From assembly GCA_977030845.1 (NCBI GenBank), contig OZ365118.1, positions 3,348,001-3,412,000 of the forward strand: a stretch of DNA of 64,000 nt, given 5' to 3'. Shown one piece after another: positions 37,801-53,083 of this stretch (position 1 is the first letter of the stretch; each line of letters starts with the position of its first letter). Below the pieces are notes generated by a model. The model saw nothing but the letters and a program-made list of their open reading frames with translations, made no database searches and was not told where the DNA came from. Source of the DNA: Fimbriosthenelais zetlandica (taxonomy: Eukaryota). A program made the translations under genes and the position numbers.

Positions 37801-39791
37801 CCGATACCCATAGGTCACCCATACCTGCAGCTCTGAAATCACTCAACCGGAAAGGTGCGAGGTTTGTTACGTAACCATGAGAGAGGGTGTGGGGGAGGAC
37901 GGGCATAGACAATCTAAAATGATGACCCCCTCCCTCACACCCACACAGACGGTCAGATTTTGCCATGATATGATTATATTATGAATAGATTAATTAATAA
38001 TAAAAAAAACCTACCTCTACTGTAGCTAGATTGACGGCCTCCCGTCCTAAACCAGGCCCGATGACCAGCGCGTGGAGTCTTGGCAGCCATTTAGAGATTT
38101 CATCCACTCCATTAGGCGCGTCACTTAAAATGAAACGAACTCAAGTTAAAAAGTACAACAAATTTAATATTACATTTAGGATAATTACTATGTTTTCAAG
38201 ACATCATGGTTTCAATAGACTTTAGTACACGGCTGTGGGTTTTTGTTTACGTATAGACCAATTACTAAATGTTATAGAAATGTCTAGGGTCTGTATAGAG
38301 ACGGGCATCGATACAATTGGAAAGTTATATAATTCTAAAGGTCGTGTTTTATCGCCTACCGGTACATGTATTTTTCTCAAATATAGCAGAGAATATTTAA
38401 TGTTATATGAACTTACAGTAGAGGGTGGACTATTAACTCCGGACTGTAGGATTTGATGACGGGGCCAGCTCCACGAGTACAGAAGACATGAGAGAGATCA
38501 GCTCCCTGAAACAAGCCACATGTAAGGTGTCATCCTAAACATTAAACATTTAGTGTCAACCTTCTTGACAGGCTTCAGTGGTGTCAAACACCAATAGCTC
38601 ATTACACTGATATAAACTGACGACTGTAGGCTGCATGTATACTTACAACTTTTAAAGATGATATTGCCGCATAATATGGAGCACCAGTGTACCTGGATAA
38701 AGTAACGAAACGATGCCAAAATAAGTACAATGTATTAAACGATCTATAAATTATGTGCCAGGTATTCAATCATATCAATACAGCTTTTTCTTTAGGCCTA
38801 CTTTATTAAACAAAAATTATGGAAATATTCAAGAAGAAAAATTAATGATAAAAGTTAATCATTTGCACAGCCTAAAATCATTTCTGTTTTTCTCTATAGC
38901 AATTACAAAAACTTTAATTGACTTACGTTTCACAGCCACCCACTACGGCTATACGTCCAGCCTCCCCCTTGTGCTTGTCGTACGTTAGTTTAGGTATGGT
39001 TGATTTGACCACGTCCATCATGGTAGGATGATCCACGTCTGAGATAGTGGGACTCCTCGCTCCATCACTGCCTGCTGGACTGCTGGCATCGCTAGATAGC
39101 GGCTGGACAGACTCCATTATTACTGAAACAAAAAAGAGAAGTATTTATTAATATTTCCAGTGAAGAAAATAGGATAATTATTAATATTTTAACTAAATAT
39201 TTCCATCTCAATTGCGACTGGAAATAGCCTACCAAATGAATGGGAAAACCCCAGTGGATATATGCCATGACATTGAACTATTTAGGTCGACTAGGAGGTA
39301 GCCTACATTTTTCATCCTTTTATCAAACCCTTTTGAAATAGTCAAGCCTGACTCCAGGTCAACCGTATCATACTATCACCATTTAAAGTTATGCCAAACT
39401 ACCATAAAAATCATGACATTGAAATGTCTATGCATTGACATTGTAACACAGGGATGGGACAGGACATTCTAAACACACTACCTGGCACAGAGATAATTCT
39501 TATTGGCCTGAGATGCAATTATCTAATTTCTAAATAACAATCAGTTGCTCATTTGGTGTCTTCACAATCACTAGAGATCAAATCAAACAACCTCAGCCTC
39601 TTGGACTGGGGTGTGGCAGTGACAGTTGGGTTGGTTGCATTCAGTCACTAAATACACATTAAAATATGGAAGCATTATCAGTGCCAACCTTGCTTAATAT
39701 GGCAGAAAGAACTAATGAACTAACTCAACTCACCGGCACAGGTGTGTGGCCTGAGGTGTGGTAGTAAACACCTGAATCTTAGAGTGATCAT
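1826..39791 (-). CDS. NAXD: ATP-dependent (S)-NAD(P)H-hydrate dehydratase (NAXD/CARKD), 10 coding exons, 357 aa
   Basis: Exons: 39791-39734, 39122-38927, 38692-38647, 38505-38417, 38123-38015, 37533-37483, 36712-36608, 27955-27835, 2406-2289, 2006-1826. All introns are GT-AG, phases are consistent, total 1074 nt. Family motifs: [93 protein letters not shown]. Exon 1 is the least certain part. Confidence 0.95.
4817..4974. repeat. 19-bp minisatellite (GGGAGGGAAGTCTGTCCRT) x8
   Basis: GGGAGGGAAG recurs at 4826, 4845, 4864, 4883, 4902, 4921, 4940 and 4959. Confidence 0.95.
5370..5800 (+). repeat. Purine-rich compound repeat: 18-bp AAGAGGTGARGGGTGGGA units inside an approximately 80-bp higher-order unit
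   Basis: AAGGGTGGTCTCTGT recurs about every 80 bp (about 5377, 5456, 5536), with interspersed 18-mers. Confidence 0.85.
5881..6358 (+). repeat. G-rich low-complexity tract (GGGTA/GGGGGT units), G-quadruplex-prone
   Basis: Dozens of G3-G5 runs separated by 1-4 nt loops over about 480 bp. Confidence 0.9.
6966..7041. repeat. 23-bp tandem repeat, about 3.3 copies
   Basis: ATGATATATTAACAGGGTTATGT at 6966, 6989 and 7012. Confidence 0.9.
8879..8960. repeat. Imperfect GA/GACA microsatellite
   Basis: GAGAGAGGGAGAGAGGAGAGAGAGACAGAGAG... Confidence 0.85.
22831..22955. repeat. Near-perfect inverted repeat (small palindromic MITE-like hairpin)
   Basis: 22846-22876 is the exact reverse complement of 22910-22940 (31 bp). 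Further pairing occurs outside (ATAGTGACC/GGTCACTAT) and inside (AAGCCAC/GTGGCTT). Confidence 0.9.
24374..24446 (+). mobile_element. tRNA-like Pol III head, probably a tRNA-derived SINE or tRNA pseudogene
   Basis: A-box TAGCTCAGTGG (24381-24391) and B-box GGTTCGAACCC (24423-24433) at tRNA-like spacing. The acceptor and D stems do not pair properly. Confidence 0.5.
26500..26935. mobile_element. Probable non-autonomous DNA transposon remnant with repeated 16-bp palindromes
   Basis: GTCACC-GTAA-GGTGAC at 26521, 26867 and 26888, with variants at 26702 and 26909. GCCTTGGGGCAG is also duplicated. The segment ends near TTAAGGG. Confidence 0.45.
27956..36607 (-). other. NAXD intron 7, 8,652 bp
   Basis: Donor GTCAGT after ...RLYQAL and acceptor TTTTTGTAG before MGDKPS; phase 0 on both sides. 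Confidence 0.9.
28869..28957. repeat. 20-bp tandem repeat x4-5 carrying the palindrome AAAGACTAGTCTTT
   Basis: The palindrome occurs at 28878, 28898 and 28918. Confidence 0.9.
37537..37650. repeat. 37-bp degenerate tandem repeat x3 abutting the NAXD exon 6 acceptor
   Basis: AAATCACAGAA at 37543, 37580 and 37617. Confidence 0.8.
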
Positions 39792-40240
39792 TAGAGCGAT
39801 AGGTGGACGATAATAGGTGATAACACCGACACACGCTCACGACGCCCAGTGTCGATCAGCTGAACTAACACCAGGGTGAAAGTCTCGATCAACTTATTTC
39901 AAGTCGCTTTTGGGACATTAATACTGATTTAAACTCCACAAAACCGATGAAACTGGAAATAAGTGATGGGGAAGTAAGGTGGGTGTGGTTTTAATGTGTC
40001 TGTGAGGTATTTTATAGAAGTTATCAGAGAATCCCCTATTATCGCTCAGTGGCTGGGACAAGCTGATACATGTGGCTTGGATAGGGTTGACTGCACTGTT
40101 TCTTATTTCCACTGGAAATCAGTAATGACATTCTGCTAAGGGGATACTATCTTAATTGTGTTCTTTGTAATTCATCTTGGCTATAAATATTTTCTTTTTT
40201 TTCATTGTTTCAGAGTCACATTTATTCTGGATGCAGCTAA
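39792..40240. promoter_or_regulatory. Bidirectional promoter / 5' UTR region shared by NAXD and the ATP-grasp gene
   Basis: The two ATGs are divergent and 450 bp apart. There is a plus-strand candidate donor GTAAGG at 39974 and a strong acceptor TTTTTTTTCATTGTTTCAG ending at 40213. Confidence 0.65.
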
Positions 40241-41596
40241 ATGATCAGAAGGATGGAGGGAGTAGCTCAGATGGGCTCAGGTGAAAAGAGAGTGCTCATC
40301 ATCCCCCCAGTGGTGGAGAGAGACACTGATGCCCTCTTCTCAACCCTAGACGACTCATTCAGAGAACAATTCACCTTCTACACAGTCCGACCCATACCCA
40401 GAAAACCTAACCACATGGTGGACTTTGAACAGCTGACTGAAAAATGTAGAGAAATCATCCGAGATGAGGATATCACCATTTTGTACGCTAATAAACCCCT
40501 AGGGAGTTTATTAGCTGCTTTATTATCCGAGGAATTCCCACATATTAAAGGCCCATGTTCAGAGTCGATATTCTCATGTAATCATAAGTTCTACACTTCA
40601 TCTGTGATTGATTCAAGGATTAAGAAGCTGCCGTATGAAGTGGTTAAGTTAGATGGGGATCTATTTGACACAGCTTATGAGCTGCTCCATAAATGTCCGC
40701 TACCTGGGGTAGTCCGGGCGTGCATCGGCAGTGGCACATCAGTTTATTGTTACCACAATAGAGATCAACTCATCAAGGTGTTATTTCAAACCAAACGTGA
40801 TGTCCTCCACCTGTTGGAGCTCCAGGGCTGGTTGTTAAGTTGTATAGATGGGGATAAATACCCACTGGCGAGAGAACCAGTGTCTCTGATCAACCCCTAC
40901 CTGGACAGGTGTATGGCTGGTGAGGGGTGTAGCTGGTGGAGTATCTCAGTCGAGGCGTGTGTGTATCAGAGAGATGTCATACCCTGGGGTATATGTAATG
41001 TGGTGACATTACCATACGGTAAACGAGATGTCACACATGGTTTCTCAGGTTTTGAAATGCCCACTTCCCTCCCCGCAGATCTCCAGGAAACCACCTGGGA
41101 TGAATTCAGCAAAGATATCCATCGATTAATCGGGATTGGGTTTGATAATTCATTCGTCCATGCTGAGTATATGGTGTTTGAGAATGGCTATGTCCATTTA
41201 GTTTCAATTAATGGTCGGTTGAAAGCTAAGTGCACGAGTATGTATGTGAGGGCTATGGATAATGGAGATAATGTCAGAGCAGCTCTTGAAATTGCTCAAG
41301 ATGTTAGGCCTGAGAAGCCAGCACTGAATGGGAACTATGTGCTGACCTACTCCATGGTGGTGTTTGAGGTGGGGAAGGCTGACTCTGTTATAGACTTTGA
41401 CAAGGCTTTAGCTCATCCTGATGTCGACCTGTACTATAGACCAGGCCAGGATATCGTCATAGAGCCGGATAAGGACTTTGCTGTGTTAGGTACAGTCACT
41501 GTGATAAGTGAGGACTTTACTGAGGCTTTTGATAAAATTAAAGCATTAAGGCCTGAGATCCTCAAGGTACCCGCCATGGTGCCGCTTATATGCTGA
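40241..41596 (+). CDS. Intronless ATP-grasp-fold protein with a degenerate catalytic signature, 451 aa
   Basis: Single 1356-nt ORF. Motifs GPCSESIFSCNHKFYT, SVEACVYQRDVIPWGIC, FEMPTSLP and GFDNSFVHAEYMVFENGYVHLVSINGRL match the layout I recall for stand-alone ATP-grasp ligases (..HKYYSR..VEG....GI.D..PS.L..GF.N...EIN.R). Family recognised by eye. Confidence 0.8.
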   Translation: MIRRMEGVAQMGSGEKRVLIIPPVVERDTDALFSTLDDSFREQFTFYTVRPIPRKPNHMVDFEQLTEKCREIIRDEDITILYANKPLGSLLAALLSEEFPHIKGPCSESIFSCNHKFYTSSVIDSRIKKLPYEVVKLDGDLFDTAYELLHKCPLPGVVRACIGSGTSVYCYHNRDQLIKVLFQTKRDVLHLLELQGWLLSCIDGDKYPLAREPVSLINPYLDRCMAGEGCSWWSISVEACVYQRDVIPWGICNVVTLPYGKRDVTHGFSGFEMPTSLPADLQETTWDEFSKDIHRLIGIGFDNSFVHAEYMVFENGYVHLVSINGRLKAKCTSMYVRAMDNGDNVRAALEIAQDVRPEKPALNGNYVLTYSMVVFEVGKADSVIDFDKALAHPDVDLYYRPGQDIVIEPDKDFAVLGTVTVISEDFTEAFDKIKALRPEILKVPAMVPLIC

Positions 41597-42832
41597 CTCT
41601 GAGATCAATATTTTTCACTTGAATATTTTTATATAACTTGATGTATATTTAGTGATCAAACCTAACTGTTTATACGGATTTGTAATTGTTTACAGAACAT
41701 ATAACAATAGAAAATAATAGTTGTATGATCAGACGTATGTTACACCAGAAGTTTTTACTTTTTCATCCAAGTTAAAATTATACTCATGATATTTTTTCAT
41801 GACTTTATAAGCGAAGTGACCTTAGCCAAATTTATAAGGTGCTAGTGACAGTCCATCTTTGTAGGGAGGAACATGGTTCTGATCATATCAACCATGTCAT
41901 ATGCTGGCTCAAAAAAAACAACTTTCACAATCAAACAATTTATATTTTATTGATATTATTATCAAATTGTATACATTATATTTATTTTTGCTTTTCAATC
42001 AAGAAGCCCAGGCGTAATAGACTTGGACTTTTAAGTACACGTTTTATAAACGCTTAATATTATTGATATTGATTATTTATTCAGGACCTAATTTTATTTG
42101 CACGCATATTTTCTAGCTTCAAATCAATGGGCAGATTGAGACACTGCTAACTGCACGTGCCTTTGCGAGTGATTGGCTTTTACCACTAGTCACTTTTGCT
42201 CACTGCTGAGAATGTTAATGGCTCATATTGTTAGGTTTCTTGTTGATTTTGTTATTTTACGTTAAATTAATTTAAACTTTGTTATATTTGTATCTTACAC
42301 AGTTCAGCATACTGTATTTAACTGCTTTTTTCAAAGAAAATAAATTCCACTGTTACGTTTGCAAAGATCTTGTCTCTCTTCAATGTACTGAACTTATAAT
42401 CCACGTAACAGAAATGTGAATTCCAATCTAACAATCCATATCAATGGCCCTAACTTCCTCAGAGAACCTCATGCTCTCTATACAAGTTTCTGACACTTTT
42501 TCCCTAACTCCCAAATGCCTTATTTTTGTCCTCCTTATATCACATATTTAACATAGTGGCTGTGAGCATTCATCGATCAGAATAACTTAAAAGTACATTC
42601 AAATACCAACTGGCAACTCTTAAACAGAACTTCTTAACAGAACTTTTCAACTTCAACTCTTATCTTCTCTAGGCTCACCTTGCCACTGTCTATGGTAGTC
42701 TGTGATAGGGACAGATTGAGGCTGGGATGGGAGAGGCGCGGGGCAGGCGGCGGGTCTGTAGTCCGCGGGTCTGATGAAGAGTGCAGGATGCCAGCACTCT
42801 GATATCTCCTCCAGGCTCCAGCTGGGGCAGCC

Positions 42833-45800
42833 TCAGTCTTCAAGGAAGAAGTAGTTCCCAGATTTCTTCTGTTCTACGTCCTGAAAAACAAAGCAATATT
42901 GTTAAAATTTATATATGTGCATAGAAATATCAAAGCAATTAATAGTGTTTCTAAACTATGTGTATGTGAAAGACAAACCAATATACAAATACAATTTAAT
43001 TCAAGGTTTCTCAATTCGAAAAGAGTAATACATTTGAATAAGTACAAACCTTGACTGAGTTTCGTTTGTTGATCCGTGGTCGCAGGTTGTTTGGATCCCT
43101 CCTTATCGTAATCTCCATGGACTTTAAGAATTTGTTCATGCCGTGAAGCAGGTTAACAGGACTGGAAAAAAATAGACAAGATTTGGTCAAGAGATCTTTG
43201 CAATGGTACAACATAAAGCTAACTAAAAGTCTCATATAACAAAATGGAAATTTTTTTTAAATAAAGATTATTTAGTTCTCATAAGGGAAGTGACTGAAGC
43301 TCACCTATTAGCGGTAGCATGAAGTGACGGTGAACCTTCAAACACTATGACTTTATCAGCCAGGTAGGTGGCCATGATGAAGTCGTGCTCCACGACGAAG
43401 GCGGTCTTCTTGGCGTGTAGGATGAAGCGTTTGATGACCTTGGCGGCGTGGAGACGCTGCTCAGAGTCGAGGTAGGCGGACGGTTCATCTATGAGGTAAA
43501 CATCAGCTGGTTTACCCAGACACAAGGTGATGGCCAGACGCTGTAACTCTCCTCCCGACAGGTTCTGTACCTGTACAACAAAATATAATTATTTTAATTT
43601 TGTTTTACAGTATTAATCCGGCATCCATTTCAAAGTGTTTTTTTTTATTTATTACTAGAAAACCAATAATTTTGTAACAATTGTTTTCTCTTAAATCCAC
43701 AGTTAAAATGCAAATAAACAAACAAAAAAATGAATAAATTTTAACAAATATAGGAGCCCACCTGCTGGTCGTAGAGGGCCTGTAGTTGGAGGGGTTTGAT
43801 GACGTCACTGATGAACTGTGGGTTCATGTAAGCCTCACAGGTCTTAGCGTGAAGTAACTGACATACGGTACACTCAGTCTTAGGGCTCACCTTCTGAGGC
43901 TTGTAACTCACGTTCAGCCTCGGTACCTCACCCGCTGTTAAAAATTAAATTAGAAAATTGAAATATAATCTATTATGTCGAGAAATGCTGAGATCATTTC
44001 ATTAGTAGACTTTTATTCTCTTTTAGATTTCTTATTCTCATTTAGATTATCAAATCATAAAGTGTTGTTATGGTGTTTTAAGTTTTTTTCCACGACAATA
44101 TTTCACATTTATAAAGTTATGAATATAATTATGAACACTTACCGCCCTCGTCGGGCTGTAGGCGGCCCGCCAGCATTCTGATGAAGGTAGTTTTCCCGGT
44201 ACCGTTCTCACCCAACATAACGATGATCTCAGAGTCTGAGAATTCTCCTGATTCAACCTTCAAAGTGAAGTCACCTAAAAATAAATATACAAATACAAAT
44301 ATTATATCTAGTTATCTAGAGGTGCCCAAGTTTTTGATTCTTTAAATTTTATATTAGGGACGAGCGCTAGTCTACGTGCTATTTGGCAATGGTAATTTAA
44401 ACCAAGGTTAAATGTAAGGAAATTTGGGATGTAAAAGGAACCAGAAGTTGAGTAACTGACCTAGTGTTTTGACCATGGTGCTGTAGGTTTGATGGTGTTG
44501 TCGGTGGATCGTTTCGTCCTCAGCTCTCCGTGACACATCAAATGTGAGAGCATGGTCCCGGAACCGCATGTTAGCCGTGGGTATGTATCCATCCAGAAAA
44601 TGATTGATCCCTAGAAATTAAAATTTGATTGATTTAAAATAAATTTTAACAAATAACACTAGAGATTCTAGATAAATTCGAGTAAATTAGCAATAAGTCT
44701 CAATAACAGGCATGAAAAAGATCAGAAATTTTATATTGAATTCTTAAGTATTATAACGTACCTTCTCTGACGCCGGCGGGTTTGGTGACGATGCCGTATA
44801 CGCCTGGCATGCCGTAGAGACAGGAGATGAAGTCAGACAGGTAGTCTAGTATAGCCAGGTCATGTTCTACTATAACCACATACCTCTCATCATCCAACAA
44901 ACTCCTGATAGCCAGAGCCGCCTTCAACCGCTGCTTCACATCCAGGTACGACGACGGCTCGTCAAACATGTAGCTGAATAACAAACAGTTCATCTTTATT
45001 TTACTTTTATTTAACTAACAAGAGAAACCTTTTATTTTTAATCACAAAACAAGGTAAAAGTACAGAGCAATTTAACAGACCCACATCTTATGATTATTTT
45101 TCTTCCTTTTAATATAAAACAATTTATGTTTAAATCACAATATACTGAAGAATACTTTCCTCTGTAATTAAACAAGACAAATCTTTAAGTTTCAAACTAC
45201 GAATAAGTAAAATGTGGCATATTAATTTTTCACAATTTGAGCTTCAATACTTACATGTCAGCTTGTTGGATACACACCATAGCGATGGCGAACCTCTGTA
45301 ACTCTCCGCCTGACAGATCCTCCACCTTGTGATCCAACAGATGCTGCAGGTCTGAAAGTCAAATATAATAATAGATTTACATGGATTTGCCACATGGCAA
45401 AGCATTTGGTTTAGTATATGTTTGATATCCTGAGACTTACCTAGCATTTCACAAACTTCACGGAGGTTTCCACGCTCATTCTTTCTTTGTAAATGATCTC
45501 CTAATCGTCCCTGAAACAATACAAAGGTTATCATTTTAAGAAAACAGCTTAATAGAAATTTAACCATAAAAATAATAAAAGGAATATGCAATTGATGAGA
45601 GACAGCCTACCTGTACAGCGCGGGGGATCTGGTCCACATATTGAGGTTTGATCAGAGCTTTAAAGTTACCCATCGCCACCTTAGCGAAATAATTCTGTAA
45701 TCCCGACCCCCGGAAACTGGCCAGGATCTCCTTCCATTCTGGAGGCTCCTGTAATAAAGATATAATAGATTTCAAAATTTGATACATTTTATTTTCAATT

Positions 45801-46784
45801 CTTTTTAAATTCAGAAAATATACTTGATACAATATACATTTCATTGTATAATTTCCGGAAATTGGAAATTATTGACAGTAAATTATTTCTTAAGTTAAGT
45901 TGTTCTGAAAAAGATCTAAAGAAAATCAAAACTTACATTGAAATTTCCGAGGTTTTGTTTCAATTTTCCAGCTAAAACTTTCAAAGCTGTGCTTTTCCCG
46001 ATGCCATTGGTTCCTACAAGACCAAGTACACTCCCAGTCCTCGGTATAGGCAGTCTGAAAACAGAAGGGAACGTTATAAAAAAGTCTTCAATATGCAAAC
46101 AAACTGATTACATTTTTGTTTAATATTAATTTCCACCTACCTGTGTAATCTGAAGGAGTTAGGGCCGTATCTGTGTGTAATATCCTCATCTATCTCTCTA
46201 GGTAAGTTTATAATACTGATGGCCTTGAAGGGACATTCCTGGAAAAAAATGTACCACATGTTAAGTTTCCTTTAGCTAAAGAAATAATGCATGACTTTTG
46301 TTAGCGATGAATCTTAATAAATCCATAGAGATAAATCACTCTATATCTATGATAAATCTCAGGAAGATGGTATAAGAATAGATAGACGTACCCGGGAACA
46401 AATGCCACATCCAATACACAGATCCTCTGATATATAGGCTAGCTTATCACCACGGTTAACCTCAATACAGATCTTACCTGAAGTTAAAAATAGAATATAA
46501 CAATCATACATAGCAGTCAGAGAACAATATGGTCAGTGGATACTGCCTAGAATAACACCACTCTGTTATACTAGGTACAAGGTTTGGTTCCTCATTATGG
46601 CACTAGGTGTCGCCACAGTTACAGCTGAATCAAAGTTATTAAATCAGTTTTAGCAGAAGAATAAGTTAATGTACTCACCCATGCGAACCACCGGGCATGA
46701 TTTCTTGCACTCAAATGCACATTTGTTAGGTTTACATTTGTCAGAGTTGACAATAGCAATTCTTAATGGCTTATTCTGAGACAT
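42833..46784 (-). CDS. ABCE1: ABCE1/RLI1 divergent paralogue (copy A), 14 coding exons, 601 aa, intact
   Basis: Exons: 46784-46679, 46477-46392, 46238-46141, 46054-45937, 45748-45611, 45510-45441, 45351-45255, 44973-44762, 44610-44461, 44274-44143, 43934-43762, 43570-43305, 43161-43050, 42880-42833 (1806 nt). All FeS cysteines, [17 protein letters not shown] x2, [20 protein letters not shown] x2, GENGTGKTT and GNYFFLED* are present. No stops or frameshifts. Confidence 0.93.
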
Positions 46785-47031
46785 CTTCACAGAGTTCAAC
46801 TCCTGAAGGACTTCTGGTATACAAATATAAATATATAATAGGCAAGAGGCCTTCCTTCCTACACTTCTCCACGTACTAACTTCCATACATGAATTCTCTC
46901 TCTATATACATACATTCGAAGCTGATTAACATTCAGAATTGCACAATAATCGACCAATAAAATTTTCCCACTCTTGCACCACAGACATGAAAGAGTGACA
47001 TGAAGGAGCGTGTAGGTGGTAGTAGCCTACA

Positions 47032-47048
47032 GTGCTGCCACCTAGCGG
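47032..47048 (-). promoter_or_regulatory. Strong CTCF-like motif between the two ABCE1 copies, upstream of copy A
   Basis: The reverse strand reads CCGCTAGGTGGCAGCAC, close to the CCASYAGRKGGCRS consensus. Confidence 0.5.
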
Positions 47049-48924
47049 CTAGGTACAACACACTCAAAACATTCAGATATCAATCATACATCAGTACATT
47101 CAGCTTTTTGTTAATTTATACGATTATTTTACTTTAAATTAAGATTTATATATGTCACAAATTACTTTGGGACAATAACTGTACAATTATTTCTCATTTA
47201 ACCTTATTTTTGTTTAAACAATTGTGTATTTAATCAATTTACAATTCACCATCAGTCACATCACAAATACACACACATACATGTCGAATTACAAAAAAAA
47301 ATATGTTATATTTGGCATCACTTTATTCGAGTTGTCGTCATGGTCCAAATGGGAGTAAAAACTCCGATACAGACAAAAAATATGTAATATATTCCGAGCT
47401 TATATATACTTCCTGATCCCAAGATTCCAAAACTAGTCCCTTAAACACGATTTAACTTGAATGTATATACTGGTCTGAATAAATGTAGGGCCTCAGTCGA
47501 GAGGAAATTATATCCATCAACTCATTCAGCCATCCAACATTGGAAAACAATATTTACAATTAAAGTTGATAACAGAATAATAATTCACGCCGGAAACTCG
47601 GTACAAGACGGTCGATCATTGTGAGGACATGTCCATGTATGCGGTACATATTACAGTATTATCACACGGTGGTATATATCATGGTGGAATATTCCCTTCA
47701 CAGAGTAGCTCTTATCGGTCTCCATTACTTCATGTCAAATATAATACGTTACCAAAAACAAACTGGGCATTTTAACACCAGTTATTCCAATTCAATTATT
47801 TAAGTTTTTACATTTTTTTTTGTTTCTTAAAAAGTTTAAGCCCAGATAAACTATGCTTTAACTGAGTTTATACACATTTTTTGTTTTCAAAAATTCATAT
47901 TAGTTCCAGGTATGTTGATTATGCACCTATCAGCTGTTGATGACCAGGCATCACAGCGTGATTCACCGTATAGTTAACAATAGTTCATCTACACACCGCC
48001 TCCACTCAGGGCGCGTTCTACCTCCCCTAGACACCTGCCACGTGCCTTACCTCCATCATAATGACGGTCAAGCTCTAACTCTCAACTTAATCTTGGATAA
48101 ATGTCCATTTCAAAATATTCAATGATTTTTTTCAAAATTTCAAAATCTTATTATCTTTAAGCACCGGGAATAGCACTGGAAATATCGAATTTCCAGAACA
48201 AGATAATTTTGGTATGAACACATGATTTTATATCTAAATTTGGACAGTTTTAAGCGTACAAATCCAAGTGAAATTATATCAAATTTCGCTGAGCTTTTGA
48301 CCATCTGCTCACTCCGAGCAGCTGCCACCTGCTCCACATCTGCACCCTGTCTGTAGAAAGCGTTGTGCAGCAGGCCCCACGGCCATCCTCCATCATGGCT
48401 CCCTGTCTCTCTATCTGTCTCCCTGTCCCTACACAAGACAGTCACACCCAGCTCACCTGTCCTACGTCGATAGTTCTAATCGCCAACTCTTAAGCCGTAA
48501 CAACATGTGCTTCAAATGTGACCAGTATATATGTGGGACCCAAGGACCATTAGGACAAAACTAATAAAGTGATTATATGCCAATAAAGATACTCCAAGCT
48601 CAATTTAAATTTAATTCCTAAATATTTCAAGCAGAATATTTCAACCAATATATATTCAGCCAAGAGGCTTGGCTACAGGCCCCCTATTTCTTAGAGTTTA
48701 GCAAAGCTTGAATATGTTAAGCCGCTGAGAAAATTTTAAATTTTAAATTTAGGGGTCCTGGATCCCACATGTAGGTGGTAACGTTTGAGACACATAAAGA
48801 GTAGGCTGACCTGCCGGTGCTGTGTGATGGTTGTACGTTGTAGGTAGGGGTGGAGGGAGCAGTTCTCTCAGGACCAGGAGGAGCGGGGCCAGCACAAGCT
48901 CTGAGGTTCTCCGTTAAAACCTCT

Positions 48925-53083
<4,159 letters not shown>

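Noticed and set aside
42634-42843. 69-aa ORF overlapping the ABCE1-A stop
   Set aside because: It begins at a TTG codon in an alternative frame within a GC-rich 3' UTR and has no domain.
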